Source of the DNA: Candidatus Hydrogenedentota bacterium
GTDB taxonomy: Bacteria > Hydrogenedentota > Hydrogenedentia > Hydrogenedentales > SLHB01
Reading direction: 5' to 3'
NCBI GenBank assembly: GCA_045863335.1
Contig: BTVY01000034.1
Span: 13,699 to 77,698 of the forward strand
DNA length: 64,000 bases
Below the pieces are notes generated by a model, which did not search any database, was not told the origin of the DNA, and saw only the letters and a program-made list of their open reading frames with translations. Made by a program: the position numbers and the translations under genes. Numbering within the stretch: position 1 is the stretch's first letter; every line of letters begins with the position of its first letter. Below, piece by piece: positions 9,873-20,155 of the stretch.

Positions 9873-12439
9873 CGAAGAAACTCAAGATAAGAGCCCTGCC
9901 GGTTGCTCCCCAGCCCACGGCCGGGACCTCCAGCACCTGGATGCCCTTCGGCGCGCCCATCAACGAGATTGTACTCGCGCTCGGCCTCGGCGGGTTGATC
10001 TTCATGCGCCCGTGGATAGACGGCCTGACCTACCCGGAGAAGAACACCTACTTCGTTTGGATCGTCTCGGGATTGTTCGCTTTATGGTCTGCCCGGCTCT
10101 TCTTCCGTAAAGAAGATCTCCGGTATCCGATCCATATCACCCTACTCGGCGTGTTCGTGTTTATCGCGTTCGCCACGGGATTCGCGTCGGTCCAATTCGA
10201 TGCCACGTACCGTTCGCTCCTCAATTGGGCAAGTTACCTCATGATCTTCGCCATGGCGGCGAGCGGACTTCGCTCGCCCGCCGCAGTGGCCGTCATACTC
10301 GGCTTTTTCGTGTTGACTTCGTTCGCGGAGACGATCTGGAGCATCCTTCACATCAACTACCTGATGCCCCTGCAACGGGAAGCTTTGAAAGACCCCGAGC
10401 AGATGCGCCTGTATTTTGACACCACGGAGATGACGCCGGAGATCCGCAGCCGCATCGAGAGCAACCGCGCCATGGGTTCGCTCCTCTTCGCCAATGCCCT
10501 CGCATGCTGGATCCTCGTCGCCATTCCCTTCGCCATCGGCGGCGCGGTCCATGCCTTCCTCCGCCTGCGCGAAACCGTTCCGTCCCCCGTGGACGAGGAG
10601 CCTCGCAAGGACACGCGCGCCCTGGTACTCGGCATGCTCGTCGGCATGGGTTCGTTTATTGCCGTCGCGGTGTTTTATTCGTTCTATTTCGCCTTCGAAT
10701 TCATGGGGCAGTCGTGGACCGACCACCCCGTTCGTTGGACCCTGTACTGTGTCATTATCCCGTCCGCCCTCGGCGCGTTCACGTTCCGCGCGGTACACCG
10801 ATCCGGCACGCGCCGCGTGCTGCTGCGCATCCAATGTGTCGTGCTCGCCGCGCTCGCGATTCTGCAATGCGTCGGCCTCGCGCACACGTACTCCCGCGGC
10901 GGCATGCTCGCGACTGCGGCGGCACTCGCGCTCGGGGGCGCACTGGTTTGGTACGGCGGAAAGCTATCGGTTATTGCACGCACGGGGGCTGTGGCCGCCC
11001 TGGTTCTCCTGGCGGCATTAAGCGGCGTCAACGCGCTCAACGACACCGCTTGGGCGCAAGAAGCGCCGCCGGCCGAAGCCGCCGACACCAACGTGGAACT
11101 CCAGGGGGTCAACCCGTCGCTCGATGCCATGATGAACCCGGCGACCGCTTTCCTCCGGCTTTCGTACTGGCAGTCTGGACTCGAGATGTTCCTGGCCAAC
11201 CCGTGGACCGGCGTGGGGTTCGGCAACTTTGGAACCGTTTATCCCAAATACCAGCTCCCCAATTCCGCCGACGTAAAGCAGGCGCACAACGACTTCCTTC
11301 AAGCCTTCTGCGAGACCGGTGTTTTCGGCGGCCTGGCCTTCATCATCTTCTGGTCCTGGTTCGCCTACTGGGGCGCACGCCGCATCCTGCGCGAGCCTGA
11401 CACCGCCCACCGATGGCTCCTTGCGGGGCTCTACGGCGGAGCCCTCGGCTTCGTCTTCCATGCCGTTGTCGACTTCAATTTCGCAAACCCGGCCCTCGCG
11501 ACCCTGGTCTTCCTCGTTGCAGGGCTGTTTCTTTCCATGGCCGCAGACGCGCGCGCACCCGCGATCAACCGTCAGCGCGCGATTCTCGCGGGCGCGCCGG
11601 GGCTGCTGTTCGCCGCGGTGGTCGTTGCTTTTGGATGGCGCGTGTACCAGCTCGACGCCACCATCGGCAATGATATGGAACGTAAGCTCCGCCTGGAAGC
11701 CGCTGTGCGCTTGCTGGATCTGGATGGGTCCCCGGCAGCCAATGTGCCGACGGCGGGTTTCCTGCAAATATCCGACCGCGCCGTGTCCTACCTCATTCCA
11801 AGCCGTTCCGCCCGGGAAAGTTTCGGCAAGCTGTATACCCGTCTCCAACCCGGCAGCAAGTCTGCCCGTCCCGTTGCCGCGAATGAACCCATTCCCGAAG
11901 ATGCCGTCCTGCTGGTGATGAACCCCCGGGAAGCGAAGGCGCGCGCCACCGAACGCATCCCGCTATGGCTCACAATGTTTGCCGACGCCGACAGCCGGTA
12001 TCCCTACGACCCCGACGTTGCGGCGCATCTGTGCCTGTGGAACGAACTGCTCTTCGGTCATGCCGAATCACCCCGGGACAAGCTGCGCTATGCGGACCAA
12101 TCGGTCGCCTGGGCCGAGGAATGTGTTCGCAGGAGCCCCGAAGAGGTCCGTCTGCGGAACCTTCTCGCAAGGTGCTATTGGCGGCGCGGCGAGATTGACG
12201 AGACCGAGGCTCAACTCGAGTATTACGATGCCGCCCTCGACGAGTATCTCCAATGCGTGGAACTTTTCCCGAGCCGGCCGGATGTGTACTTCGATTACGC
12301 CGACCTCGCGGCGTCCTACGGCGAACTGCGCAAAGATGCCGGTGACATCGCAGGCGGCCAAGCCCTGATCGACAATGCCGAGGCCATTCGCCAGCGAGGC
12401 CAACGCCTGGCAGATGCCCGCGCCGCCGCTGGCCGGTAA
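9869..12439 (+). CDS. O-antigen ligase / O-oligosaccharyltransferase-like membrane protein with C-terminal TPR-like helical region
   Basis: TYSRGG, RLSYWQSGLEMFLANPWTGVGFGNF and AHNDFLQAFCETGVFG (Wzy_C) motifs; GTGA overlap with the WecA-like gene. Confidence 0.82.
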   Translation: MTKKLKIRALPVAPQPTAGTSSTWMPFGAPINEIVLALGLGGLIFMRPWIDGLTYPEKNTYFVWIVSGLFALWSARLFFRKEDLRYPIHITLLGVFVFIAFATGFASVQFDATYRSLLNWASYLMIFAMAASGLRSPAAVAVILGFFVLTSFAETIWSILHINYLMPLQREALKDPEQMRLYFDTTEMTPEIRSRIESNRAMGSLLFANALACWILVAIPFAIGGAVHAFLRLRETVPSPVDEEPRKDTRALVLGMLVGMGSFIAVAVFYSFYFAFEFMGQSWTDHPVRWTLYCVIIPSALGAFTFRAVHRSGTRRVLLRIQCVVLAALAILQCVGLAHTYSRGGMLATAAALALGGALVWYGGKLSVIARTGAVAALVLLAALSGVNALNDTAWAQEAPPAEAADTNVELQGVNPSLDAMMNPATAFLRLSYWQSGLEMFLANPWTGVGFGNFGTVYPKYQLPNSADVKQAHNDFLQAFCETGVFGGLAFIIFWSWFAYWGARRILREPDTAHRWLLAGLYGGALGFVFHAVVDFNFANPALATLVFLVAGLFLSMAADARAPAINRQRAILAGAPGLLFAAVVVAFGWRVYQLDATIGNDMERKLRLEAAVRLLDLDGSPAANVPTAGFLQISDRAVSYLIPSRSARESFGKLYTRLQPGSKSARPVAANEPIPEDAVLLVMNPREAKARATERIPLWLTMFADADSRYPYDPDVAAHLCLWNELLFGHAESPRDKLRYADQSVAWAEECVRRSPEEVRLRNLLARCYWRRGEIDETEAQLEYYDAALDEYLQCVELFPSRPDVYFDYADLAASYGELRKDAGDIAGGQALIDNAEAIRQRGQRLADARAAAGR

Positions 12440-12491
12440 CCATCTCAACCCGAGGCCTTCGGTGTACCGGAGGCCGCCACGAAGGATTGCC

Positions 12492-13565
12492 GTGACGAAT
12501 CGAATCGAATCATTGCGCGCCCGGATCGACGCCGCCGGCTGCGATGCCTTTCTCAGCTTTGCCCCGCCCACGAACCAGTATCTGGCGGGATTCACGGGCA
12601 CGACCTCGGTAATCATCGTGACCCAGAACGAGGCTCAGTTCCTCTGCGATTTCCGCTATACCGAGCAGGCCGCCTTCGAAGTCAGCGGTCTCGCCGTGGA
12701 AGAGATGAAAGGCAATCTCCAGACCCGGGCCGCGGAGCGCCTGGCGTCCTTGGGGCTTGAGAATGTCGCTATCGAGCCAGGCTACATGACGGTCAGCGTC
12801 TTTGACGCGGTGCGCTCGGCGTATTCCGGCACGCTGAAACCGGTGTCCGACATCGTTTCCGCCCTCCGCGTGCGCAAGGATGCTGAGGAAATCGCCAAGA
12901 TCCGCGCCGCCGGTGAACTGGCAGAAGGCGTTCTCAACGACTTGGTCGAGACCCTGGAGCCCGGCATCACCGAACGCGAACTGGCGGCCCGCTTCGAATA
13001 CGAGTTCAAAGCGCGGGGTGCGCGGGGCGCATCGTTTGAGACGATCGCGCTGTTTGGCGCGCGCAGTTCCCTGCCGCACGGTCAACCCGGCGATCGCGAA
13101 CTCGCGGAAGGCGATACGGTCCTTCTGGACTTCGGCTGCCGGCTCGATGGCTACTGCTCTGACTTGACTCGCACTTACGCGTTCGGTAGGATCCCCGCCG
13201 CTTGGTTCGAGGAGGTCTACGAGTTAACCCTTACCGCCCAGCGCATGGCGCTGGAGGCGATACGCCCGGGCATGGTGTGTAAGGAGTTGGACGCGGTGGC
13301 GCGGTCCATCATCGCCGAAGCCGGGCACGGCGACCATTTCGGTCACGGGCTTGGCCACGGGGTTGGCATCGAGATTCACGAAGCGCCTCGTCTCAATCCC
13401 GAATCCCAAACCATTCTCGAACCCGGCATGATTGTGACCATTGAACCCGGCATCTACTTGCCGGATTGCGGCGGGGTTCGCATCGAGGACTTGGTGGTTG
13501 TCACCGGGGACGGATGCGAGAATCTCAGCGTGACACCCAAAGAATTAAGGATTCTCGGAGCATGA
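12492..13565 (+). CDS. Xaa-Pro aminopeptidase (M24 family)
   Basis: DFGCRLDGYCSDLTRT, HGLGHGVGIEIHE, TIEPGIY and GGVRIED motifs; typical position before efp. Confidence 0.93.
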   Translation: MTNRIESLRARIDAAGCDAFLSFAPPTNQYLAGFTGTTSVIIVTQNEAQFLCDFRYTEQAAFEVSGLAVEEMKGNLQTRAAERLASLGLENVAIEPGYMTVSVFDAVRSAYSGTLKPVSDIVSALRVRKDAEEIAKIRAAGELAEGVLNDLVETLEPGITERELAARFEYEFKARGARGASFETIALFGARSSLPHGQPGDRELAEGDTVLLDFGCRLDGYCSDLTRTYAFGRIPAAWFEEVYELTLTAQRMALEAIRPGMVCKELDAVARSIIAEAGHGDHFGHGLGHGVGIEIHEAPRLNPESQTILEPGMIVTIEPGIYLPDCGGVRIEDLVVVTGDGCENLSVTPKELRILGA

Positions 13566-14119
13566 TTTCTACGGCGGATTTTCGTAACGGGCTAGTGGTC
13601 CTGCTAGACAAAGAACTCATGGAAATCGTTGAATTTCAGCATGTTAAACCTGGTAAAGGCGGCGCGTTCGTGCGCACCAAGTTCAAGAACGTGCTCAGCG
13701 GCCGCGTCTTGGAGAAGACCTTCCGCTCCGGCGAGAAGATGGAAGATGTCCGGTTAGAGGAGCGTCCCTGGCAGTACCTCTATCACGACGGCGATCTCTA
13801 TCATTTCATGGACCCCGATTCCTTCGAGCAGATCGCCGTCGGCGAGAATGTCGTGGGGGATAACAAGTACTGGCTCAAAGAGAATAACAACGCCAATCTC
13901 GTCTTTTTCGACGGGAAGGTAATCAAGCTGCATCTCCCAATCACAGTCACGCTGCTTATCACGCAGTGCGACCCGGGGGTGCAGGGCGACCGCGCCACGG
14001 GCGGCACGAAACCGGCCACCCTCGAAACGGGCGCGACCGTCCAAGTGCCGCTGTTTGTAAACGAGGGCGAGACAATCAAGGTCGACACCCGCACGGGCGA
14101 ATACATCGAACGGGCGTAA
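13562..14119 (+). CDS. efp: Elongation factor P (PGKG lysine-type loop)
   Basis: HVKPGKGGAFVRTK, TKPATLETG and VPLFVNEGETIKVDTRTGEYIERA motifs. Confidence 0.97.
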   Translation: MISTADFRNGLVVLLDKELMEIVEFQHVKPGKGGAFVRTKFKNVLSGRVLEKTFRSGEKMEDVRLEERPWQYLYHDGDLYHFMDPDSFEQIAVGENVVGDNKYWLKENNNANLVFFDGKVIKLHLPITVTLLITQCDPGVQGDRATGGTKPATLETGATVQVPLFVNEGETIKVDTRTGEYIERA

Positions 14120-14184
14120 CGCCGGCCAGCCGCGCGTCCTTTACGCGCGGTCAACCGATCCGCGAATCGACGGAGGGTAGGTCA

Positions 14185-14673
14185 TTGGACCTGGAAAAAC
14201 TTCGGGAACTCATCGGGATCTTTCAGTCCTCTGAGCTTGCCGAGATCGAAATAGAAGAAGAAGGCCGGCGTATCCGGCTCTGCAAACCCCAAGCGGCGGC
14301 CGTGCACCATCAGCCTGTGCTGGCGCACGTGCCGGCCCCCGCGCACATCGCCGTGGATGCCCAGCAGTCATCGGCCCCACCCATGCAGGGGAGCGTGCCG
14401 GTGTCCCAGGCCGAAGAAATCGAGGAAGGGCTGGTCACCATCGATTCGCCCATGGTCGGCGTCTTCTACGCCGCGCCCGCGCCGGGCGAACCGCCCTTCG
14501 TGACGCCGGGCGATGAAGTGGAAGCCGGGCAGACGGTCTGTATCGTCGAAGCCATGAAGCTGATGAACGAAGTGGCCGCAAAGGTCCACGGAACGATCGT
14601 GAGCGTGTTGGTCGATAACGGCGAGCCGGTCGAATACAATCAGCCCCTCTTCGCCGTGCGGCCGGCCGAGTAG
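14185..14673 (+). CDS. accB: Acetyl-CoA carboxylase biotin carboxyl carrier protein (TTG start)
   Basis: SPMVGVFY and EAMKLMNE biotinylation motif; GGAGG RBS. Confidence 0.95.
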   Translation: MDLEKLRELIGIFQSSELAEIEIEEEGRRIRLCKPQAAAVHHQPVLAHVPAPAHIAVDAQQSSAPPMQGSVPVSQAEEIEEGLVTIDSPMVGVFYAAPAPGEPPFVTPGDEVEAGQTVCIVEAMKLMNEVAAKVHGTIVSVLVDNGEPVEYNQPLFAVRPAE

Positions 14674-14682
14674 GCGCCGCCC

Positions 14683-16026
<1,344 letters not shown>

Positions 16027-16151
16027 TAGAGGCGTGTCTGCGGGCGCTCCGGTATTGATATTCCCTCTTCCGGGGCGAAAGGGACGGCCCGCGCAAACCC
16101 GCCGCAACCGGTTGGGGGTCGGCTAAGGTCCCGGGAAAAGGAAATCCACTC

Positions 16152-17060
16152 ATGCGAATCCTCCAGACAATCATCCAGAAGCTTGCCTGCGTAGCCGTCC
16201 TCGCCGGAGGCGCCGCCCTGGCCATCTTTTCCGTAAGCGGGCTGTACCAGACGGTCGTCGTGCAGCTTCCCGGACCGAATCCGATGCTGCGAATCGCCAT
16301 CGGCGTTGCTGCCGCGGTGCTCGCGGTATTCGCGTTGCTTCCCCTGGGCGGCGGACGGCGCCGATCGCGTGAATTGCGCTTCAATGCCGGGAACGGCCCC
16401 GTAACGATTCAGCTCGATCCCCTTGCCAGCTCGCTCAACAAGACCTTTAACAAGGTGCCCGTTGTGAAGAAAGGAACCGTCCGTCTCACACCGACCAAGG
16501 CCGCAGACAAGGCAAATGTGCACGCCGATGTCCACCTGCTGAATCCGGCGGACGCGAGCGTGCGCGAAACGTCGATCCAATTGAAAACCTACCTCGACGA
16601 ACTGGCCCGCAGCGTCATCGGCGCGGAAGAGGTGGGCGAAGTCGCGGTAAACATCGTCAACACGGAAACGGCGGAACAGCCTGCATCCACGCTGAAATCT
16701 TCCGCGCCCATCGCGGAAGTCGCCACCCCCGTCGCCCGGACCATCCCGGAGCCCGAACCTATCGTAGAAGAACCCATGGTGGTCGAGGATGAGGCGCCGG
16801 TTTCGGAAGACCTCGTCACCTACGAAGAATCCGTGCAGGCCGCCGAGGAAGAGGAACGCTCGCTCACCGGCGAAGCCGAAGATGAGCCGGAACTCCCCGT
16901 CGCCTGGGAGACAGAAGAACCTGATACCGAGGATACGGCTATCGTGCTCGAGGAAGGTGAAGAGTCATCTGACGAAGACACCTCGTTCGACGCCCTCGCC
17001 ATCGAGGAGTCAACGAAGGACGAAGAGGACGACGAGAACCGTCCGGCTTCCGGCGTGTAA
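16152..17060 (+). CDS. AmaP-like membrane-anchored protein with long acidic C-terminal tail
   Basis: Two N-terminal TM helices, an Asp23/AmaP-like alpha/beta segment and an E/D-rich tail; position after accBC as in Firmicutes. Confidence 0.55.
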   Translation: MRILQTIIQKLACVAVLAGGAALAIFSVSGLYQTVVVQLPGPNPMLRIAIGVAAAVLAVFALLPLGGGRRRSRELRFNAGNGPVTIQLDPLASSLNKTFNKVPVVKKGTVRLTPTKAADKANVHADVHLLNPADASVRETSIQLKTYLDELARSVIGAEEVGEVAVNIVNTETAEQPASTLKSSAPIAEVATPVARTIPEPEPIVEEPMVVEDEAPVSEDLVTYEESVQAAEEEERSLTGEAEDEPELPVAWETEEPDTEDTAIVLEEGEESSDEDTSFDALAIEESTKDEEDDENRPASGV

Positions 17061-17069
17061 CAGGTACCG

Positions 17070-17136
17070 ATCTAAATTCAAATCACTATCGGGATCGAAG
17101 TGTGTTTCCGATTCCGATTTCGATAGCGATTCGGAC
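17070..17136. repeat. Hexamer-period palindromic element (ATCGNN)n...(NNCGAT)n, degenerate copy
   Basis: ATCACT ATCGGG ATCGAA ... TCCGAT TCCGAT TTCGAT AGCGAT; relatives at 35635 and 63795. Confidence 0.7.
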
Positions 17137-17156
17137 CATGGCAGGTTGGAGTACCG

Positions 17157-17438
17157 TCATCCCGCGAGTTCGCTCACTTCGATTGCCTGAACCTCGGGAT
17201 AATCGTCCACGGCAAGTTCCATCGCCCAGGGCAAATTGTCCACCCGGCTCTTGTCCACCTGTTCCCGCGCCCAGTCCTGCGGACAATACCGGACCTCACC
17301 CGCCATCCCCACCATCGCAAAGAGGTGCGAGGCCAACACCGCCAACCGGTAGTAGGTGCCGGATCGGAATTCCCCGCTCCCCACGAGGTTGTACTTCTTT
17401 TCATTTACGTAGCGTGCGCCTTCAGGCAATGGCCACAT
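17157..17438 (-). CDS. Small hypothetical protein (93 aa) or gene remnant
   Basis: Strong GGAGGAG RBS 4 nt before ATG; no recognisable family. Confidence 0.35.
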   Translation of the reverse strand: MWPLPEGARYVNEKKYNLVGSGEFRSGTYYRLAVLASHLFAMVGMAGEVRYCPQDWAREQVDKSRVDNLPWAMELAVDDYPEVQAIEVSELAG

Positions 17439-17870
17439 ACCGCTCCTCCGTTCGCACGGGCAACGAAGCCCGTCCCCAATCCCGTCGGCTCCCTGACCGG
17501 CAAATCCCAGCTCAAACTACAAGCGCGACGCCGCTCGAACCCGACACACTTCCCAATCACGGCGTCCACTCAGCCCATTAGCGGACGCCAACCTCAGGCA
17601 CAGGACCTGTCGGTACCCCAATGGAAAGCAATCCTCATACCACGGTTGCCTCGCGCCTAACGTATTGCTACCGCGCGACGCAGGATTGGCACAAGCCGCA
17701 AGGCCGCCACATTTGCCGACAAAAATCCGTCGTATCGTCACAAATGCTCATAGGCGCCGCGCTGCCCTGCGGCTTGAACGTCCTTGCCCAAGTCAACGGC
17801 CGAGAAGCCCTCTGACCAAATCCCCGATACCTCAGGCCGGAAAGAGATGCCACCGATGGACAACCTTTAT

Positions 17871-17925
17871 GATTTTGATCATTCGAGTTTGTTTCGGATT
17901 TCGTGCTTCGAATTTCGAGTTTGGG
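17871..17925. repeat. 55-bp heptamer-period element, copy 1
   Basis: GATTTTGATCATTCGAGTTTGTTTCGGATTTCGTGCTTCGAATTTCGAGTTTGGG; 52/55 identical to 49198-49252. Confidence 0.85.
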
Positions 17926-18077
17926 CTGCTTGGCACCACCATAAGGGCCCTGGACCGGCGACACGCAGGCCCCCGGGCGGTGCTTGAAAAATATGCATGA
18001 CTTGTGCAATAGTGCGCCCACGCACTAGGCGTAGTTGAATGCGGTGTCAGCAGACGCCGCCCCTTGGAGGACCCGTG

Positions 18078-18128
18078 ATGCCACATTCGCTTTCCCACCA
18101 TCGATGGCGTCACTATACCCATTCCTGA
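18078..18128 (+). promoter_or_regulatory. Putative attenuator leader peptide MPHSLSHHRWRHYTHS (5 His, 1 Trp)
   Basis: GGAGG at 18066-18070, ATG at 18078, TGA at 18126-18128; 119 bp upstream of hisI-trpE-trpG. Confidence 0.75.
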
Positions 18129-18247
18129 ATCCAATCCCGTTTTGTCCCGTTTGTTGATTCCGTCGCCTCGCGACACCGGTCCGTTTTCCGTGGCCCAAAT
18201 GCGCGGAGAATTCACCGATAGATCCATTGCCCATGGAGAGGAGTGTC

Positions 18248-18631
18248 ATGGAAGCTGAGAACCCGAAAACCCTGAACGACCTGATCAAGCTCGACGACAA
18301 AGGCCTTATCGTGGCCGTCGTGCAACATCATAAGACGGGGCAGATTCTTATGGTCGGCTATATGAATACCGAATCCTTGGAGGTCACCTTGCGCGAACGG
18401 CGCGCCTGTTTCTGGTCCCGTTCGCGCCAAAAACTGTGGCGCAAGGGCGAGACTTCCGGCAATGTGCTGAACGTCCTCGAAATCCGGACGGACTGCGATG
18501 CCGATGCCCTGCTCCTGAAATGCGACCCCGTGGGCCCGACCTGCCACACCAACGAGACGAGCTGCTTCTACCGCAAGGTGGACTTCGACGGCAGCGTGAC
18601 GCTCGATGGTGACGGCGTAGCCAAGGACTGA
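18248..18631 (+). CDS. hisI: Phosphoribosyl-AMP cyclohydrolase (monofunctional HisI)
   Basis: FWSRSRQKLWRKGETSGN, DCDADALL and TCHTNETSCF motifs; GGAGAGGAG RBS. Confidence 0.95.
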   Translation: MEAENPKTLNDLIKLDDKGLIVAVVQHHKTGQILMVGYMNTESLEVTLRERRACFWSRSRQKLWRKGETSGNVLNVLEIRTDCDADALLLKCDPVGPTCHTNETSCFYRKVDFDGSVTLDGDGVAKD

Positions 18632-18673
18632 TCGGACCGATCGGTCCGATTGATAGACAAAGGAAAACGACCC

Positions 18674-20155
18674 ATGATTCATCCCACGCTGGAAGAGTTC
18701 AAACGCATCGCCAAACCGGGTTCCCTGGTGCCCGTCTACCGCGACGTCGTGGCGGACCTGGAGACCCCGGTCACCGCCTATATGAAGATCTCCAAAGACC
18801 AACCCTACTCGTTCTTGCTGGAAAGCGTGGAGCGCGCCGACTCTATCGGACGCTACTCCTTTCTCGGAGCGAACCCGTCTATCGTGTTTCGTTCGAAGGG
18901 GACGTCGGTCACGGTTATCCGCGACGGCGTGGAAACGACGAGCGAATCGGAACGGCCACTGGACGAACTCCGCGCGCTCATGTCCCAATATACGCCGGTC
19001 GGTGTCGAGGGCGTCCCCAAATTCCACGGCGGCGCGGTGGGCTACATGTCCTACGACCAGGTCCGCTTCTTTGAAAAACTGCCGGACAACAACCCCGACA
19101 CGTTGAATCTGCCCGACCTCTATTTCATGATCACGGATACGATCCTCATCTTCGATCACGTCAACAACCGGCTGAAGATCGTGTCCAACGCCCACGTGCA
19201 AGACGATCCCGTGGCCGCGTACAACGAAGCAGTCCGCAAGATTCACGAACTCAACCACACGCTGAAACAACCCCTCGTCGTCACCACGGAACGCATCCAC
19301 TCCGGCGAACCCAATACCGAGATTCGGTCCAGCTTCACGAAGGACGCTTTCTGCGACGCCGTGAAGAAGGCCAAGGAATACATCTGCGCCGGCGACATCT
19401 TCCAGGTGGTCCTGTCGCAACGCTTCGAGCGGGAAGTCTACGCCAGCCCGATCAATCTGTACCGGTCCCTGCGTTGCATCAACCCTTCCCCCTACATGAC
19501 ACTCGTCCGCTACCCCGACTTCACGCTCGTCGGGTCCAGCCCGGAAGTGATGACGCAAGTCACCGGGCGCCGCTGCATGGTGCGCCCCATCGCGGGCACC
19601 CGCCCCCGCGGCGAAACCGTGGAGGAAGACGTCGCGCTGGAAAAGGATCTCCTCGCGGACGAAAAGGAAGTCGCCGAACACGTCATGCTGGTTGACCTCG
19701 GCCGCAACGACGTCGGCCGCGTCAGCGTGCCCGGCACGGTACACCCCAGCCGCATGATGACCATCGAGCGCTACTCCCACGTCATGCACATCGTCAGCGA
19801 AGTGGAAGGCCAACTGAAGCCCGACGCCGACGCCTACGAAGCCCTGCGCGCCACCTTCCCCATGGGCACCGTCAGCGGCGCGCCGAAGATTCGCGCCATG
19901 GAAATCATCGACGAGTTGGAACCCCTCCGTCGCGGCCCCTACTCCGGCGGCTGCGGCTACATCAGCTTCAACGGCGACATGGACACCTGCATCATCATCC
20001 GCACCATGATCGTCAAGGACCACATCGCCTATGTACAGGCGGGAGCGGGCATCGTCTACGATAGCGTGCCCGAACGGGAGTTCGAAGAAACCGTCAACAA
20101 AGCCAAGGCCCTGTTCCGGGCCGTTGAATTCGCCGAGAAAGGGCTGGAATCATGA
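18674..20155 (+). CDS. trpE: Anthranilate synthase component I
   Basis: Trp-feedback motifs LLES and NPSPYM; PIAGTRPRG, EHVMLVDLGRNDVGRV and GTVSGAPKIRAM. Confidence 0.93.
   Translation: MIHPTLEEFKRIAKPGSLVPVYRDVVADLETPVTAYMKISKDQPYSFLLESVERADSIGRYSFLGANPSIVFRSKGTSVTVIRDGVETTSESERPLDELRALMSQYTPVGVEGVPKFHGGAVGYMSYDQVRFFEKLPDNNPDTLNLPDLYFMITDTILIFDHVNNRLKIVSNAHVQDDPVAAYNEAVRKIHELNHTLKQPLVVTTERIHSGEPNTEIRSSFTKDAFCDAVKKAKEYICAGDIFQVVLSQRFEREVYASPINLYRSLRCINPSPYMTLVRYPDFTLVGSSPEVMTQVTGRRCMVRPIAGTRPRGETVEEDVALEKDLLADEKEVAEHVMLVDLGRNDVGRVSVPGTVHPSRMMTIERYSHVMHIVSEVEGQLKPDADAYEALRATFPMGTVSGAPKIRAMEIIDELEPLRRGPYSGGCGYISFNGDMDTCIIIRTMIVKDHIAYVQAGAGIVYDSVPEREFEETVNKAKALFRAVEFAEKGLES

Noticed and set aside
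16027-16151. c-di-GMP-I or c-di-AMP (ydaO) riboswitch-like words (GGGGCGAA, GCAAACC, GGCTAAG)
   Set aside because: Only scattered partial motifs; the conserved GACGCAAAG or 5' GCTGAATCC elements are absent. An Rfam scan would settle it.
17686-17700. Sigma54 promoter TGGCAC...GC
   Set aside because: GG-to-GC spacing is 8 nt rather than the required 10.
18212-20023. Long antisense ORFs (603 aa opposite trpE, 496 aa opposite the NtrC gene, 462 aa opposite oppDF and many others)
   Set aside because: Shadow ORFs expected from high GC3 codon bias on the coding strand; no recognisable motifs or RBS.
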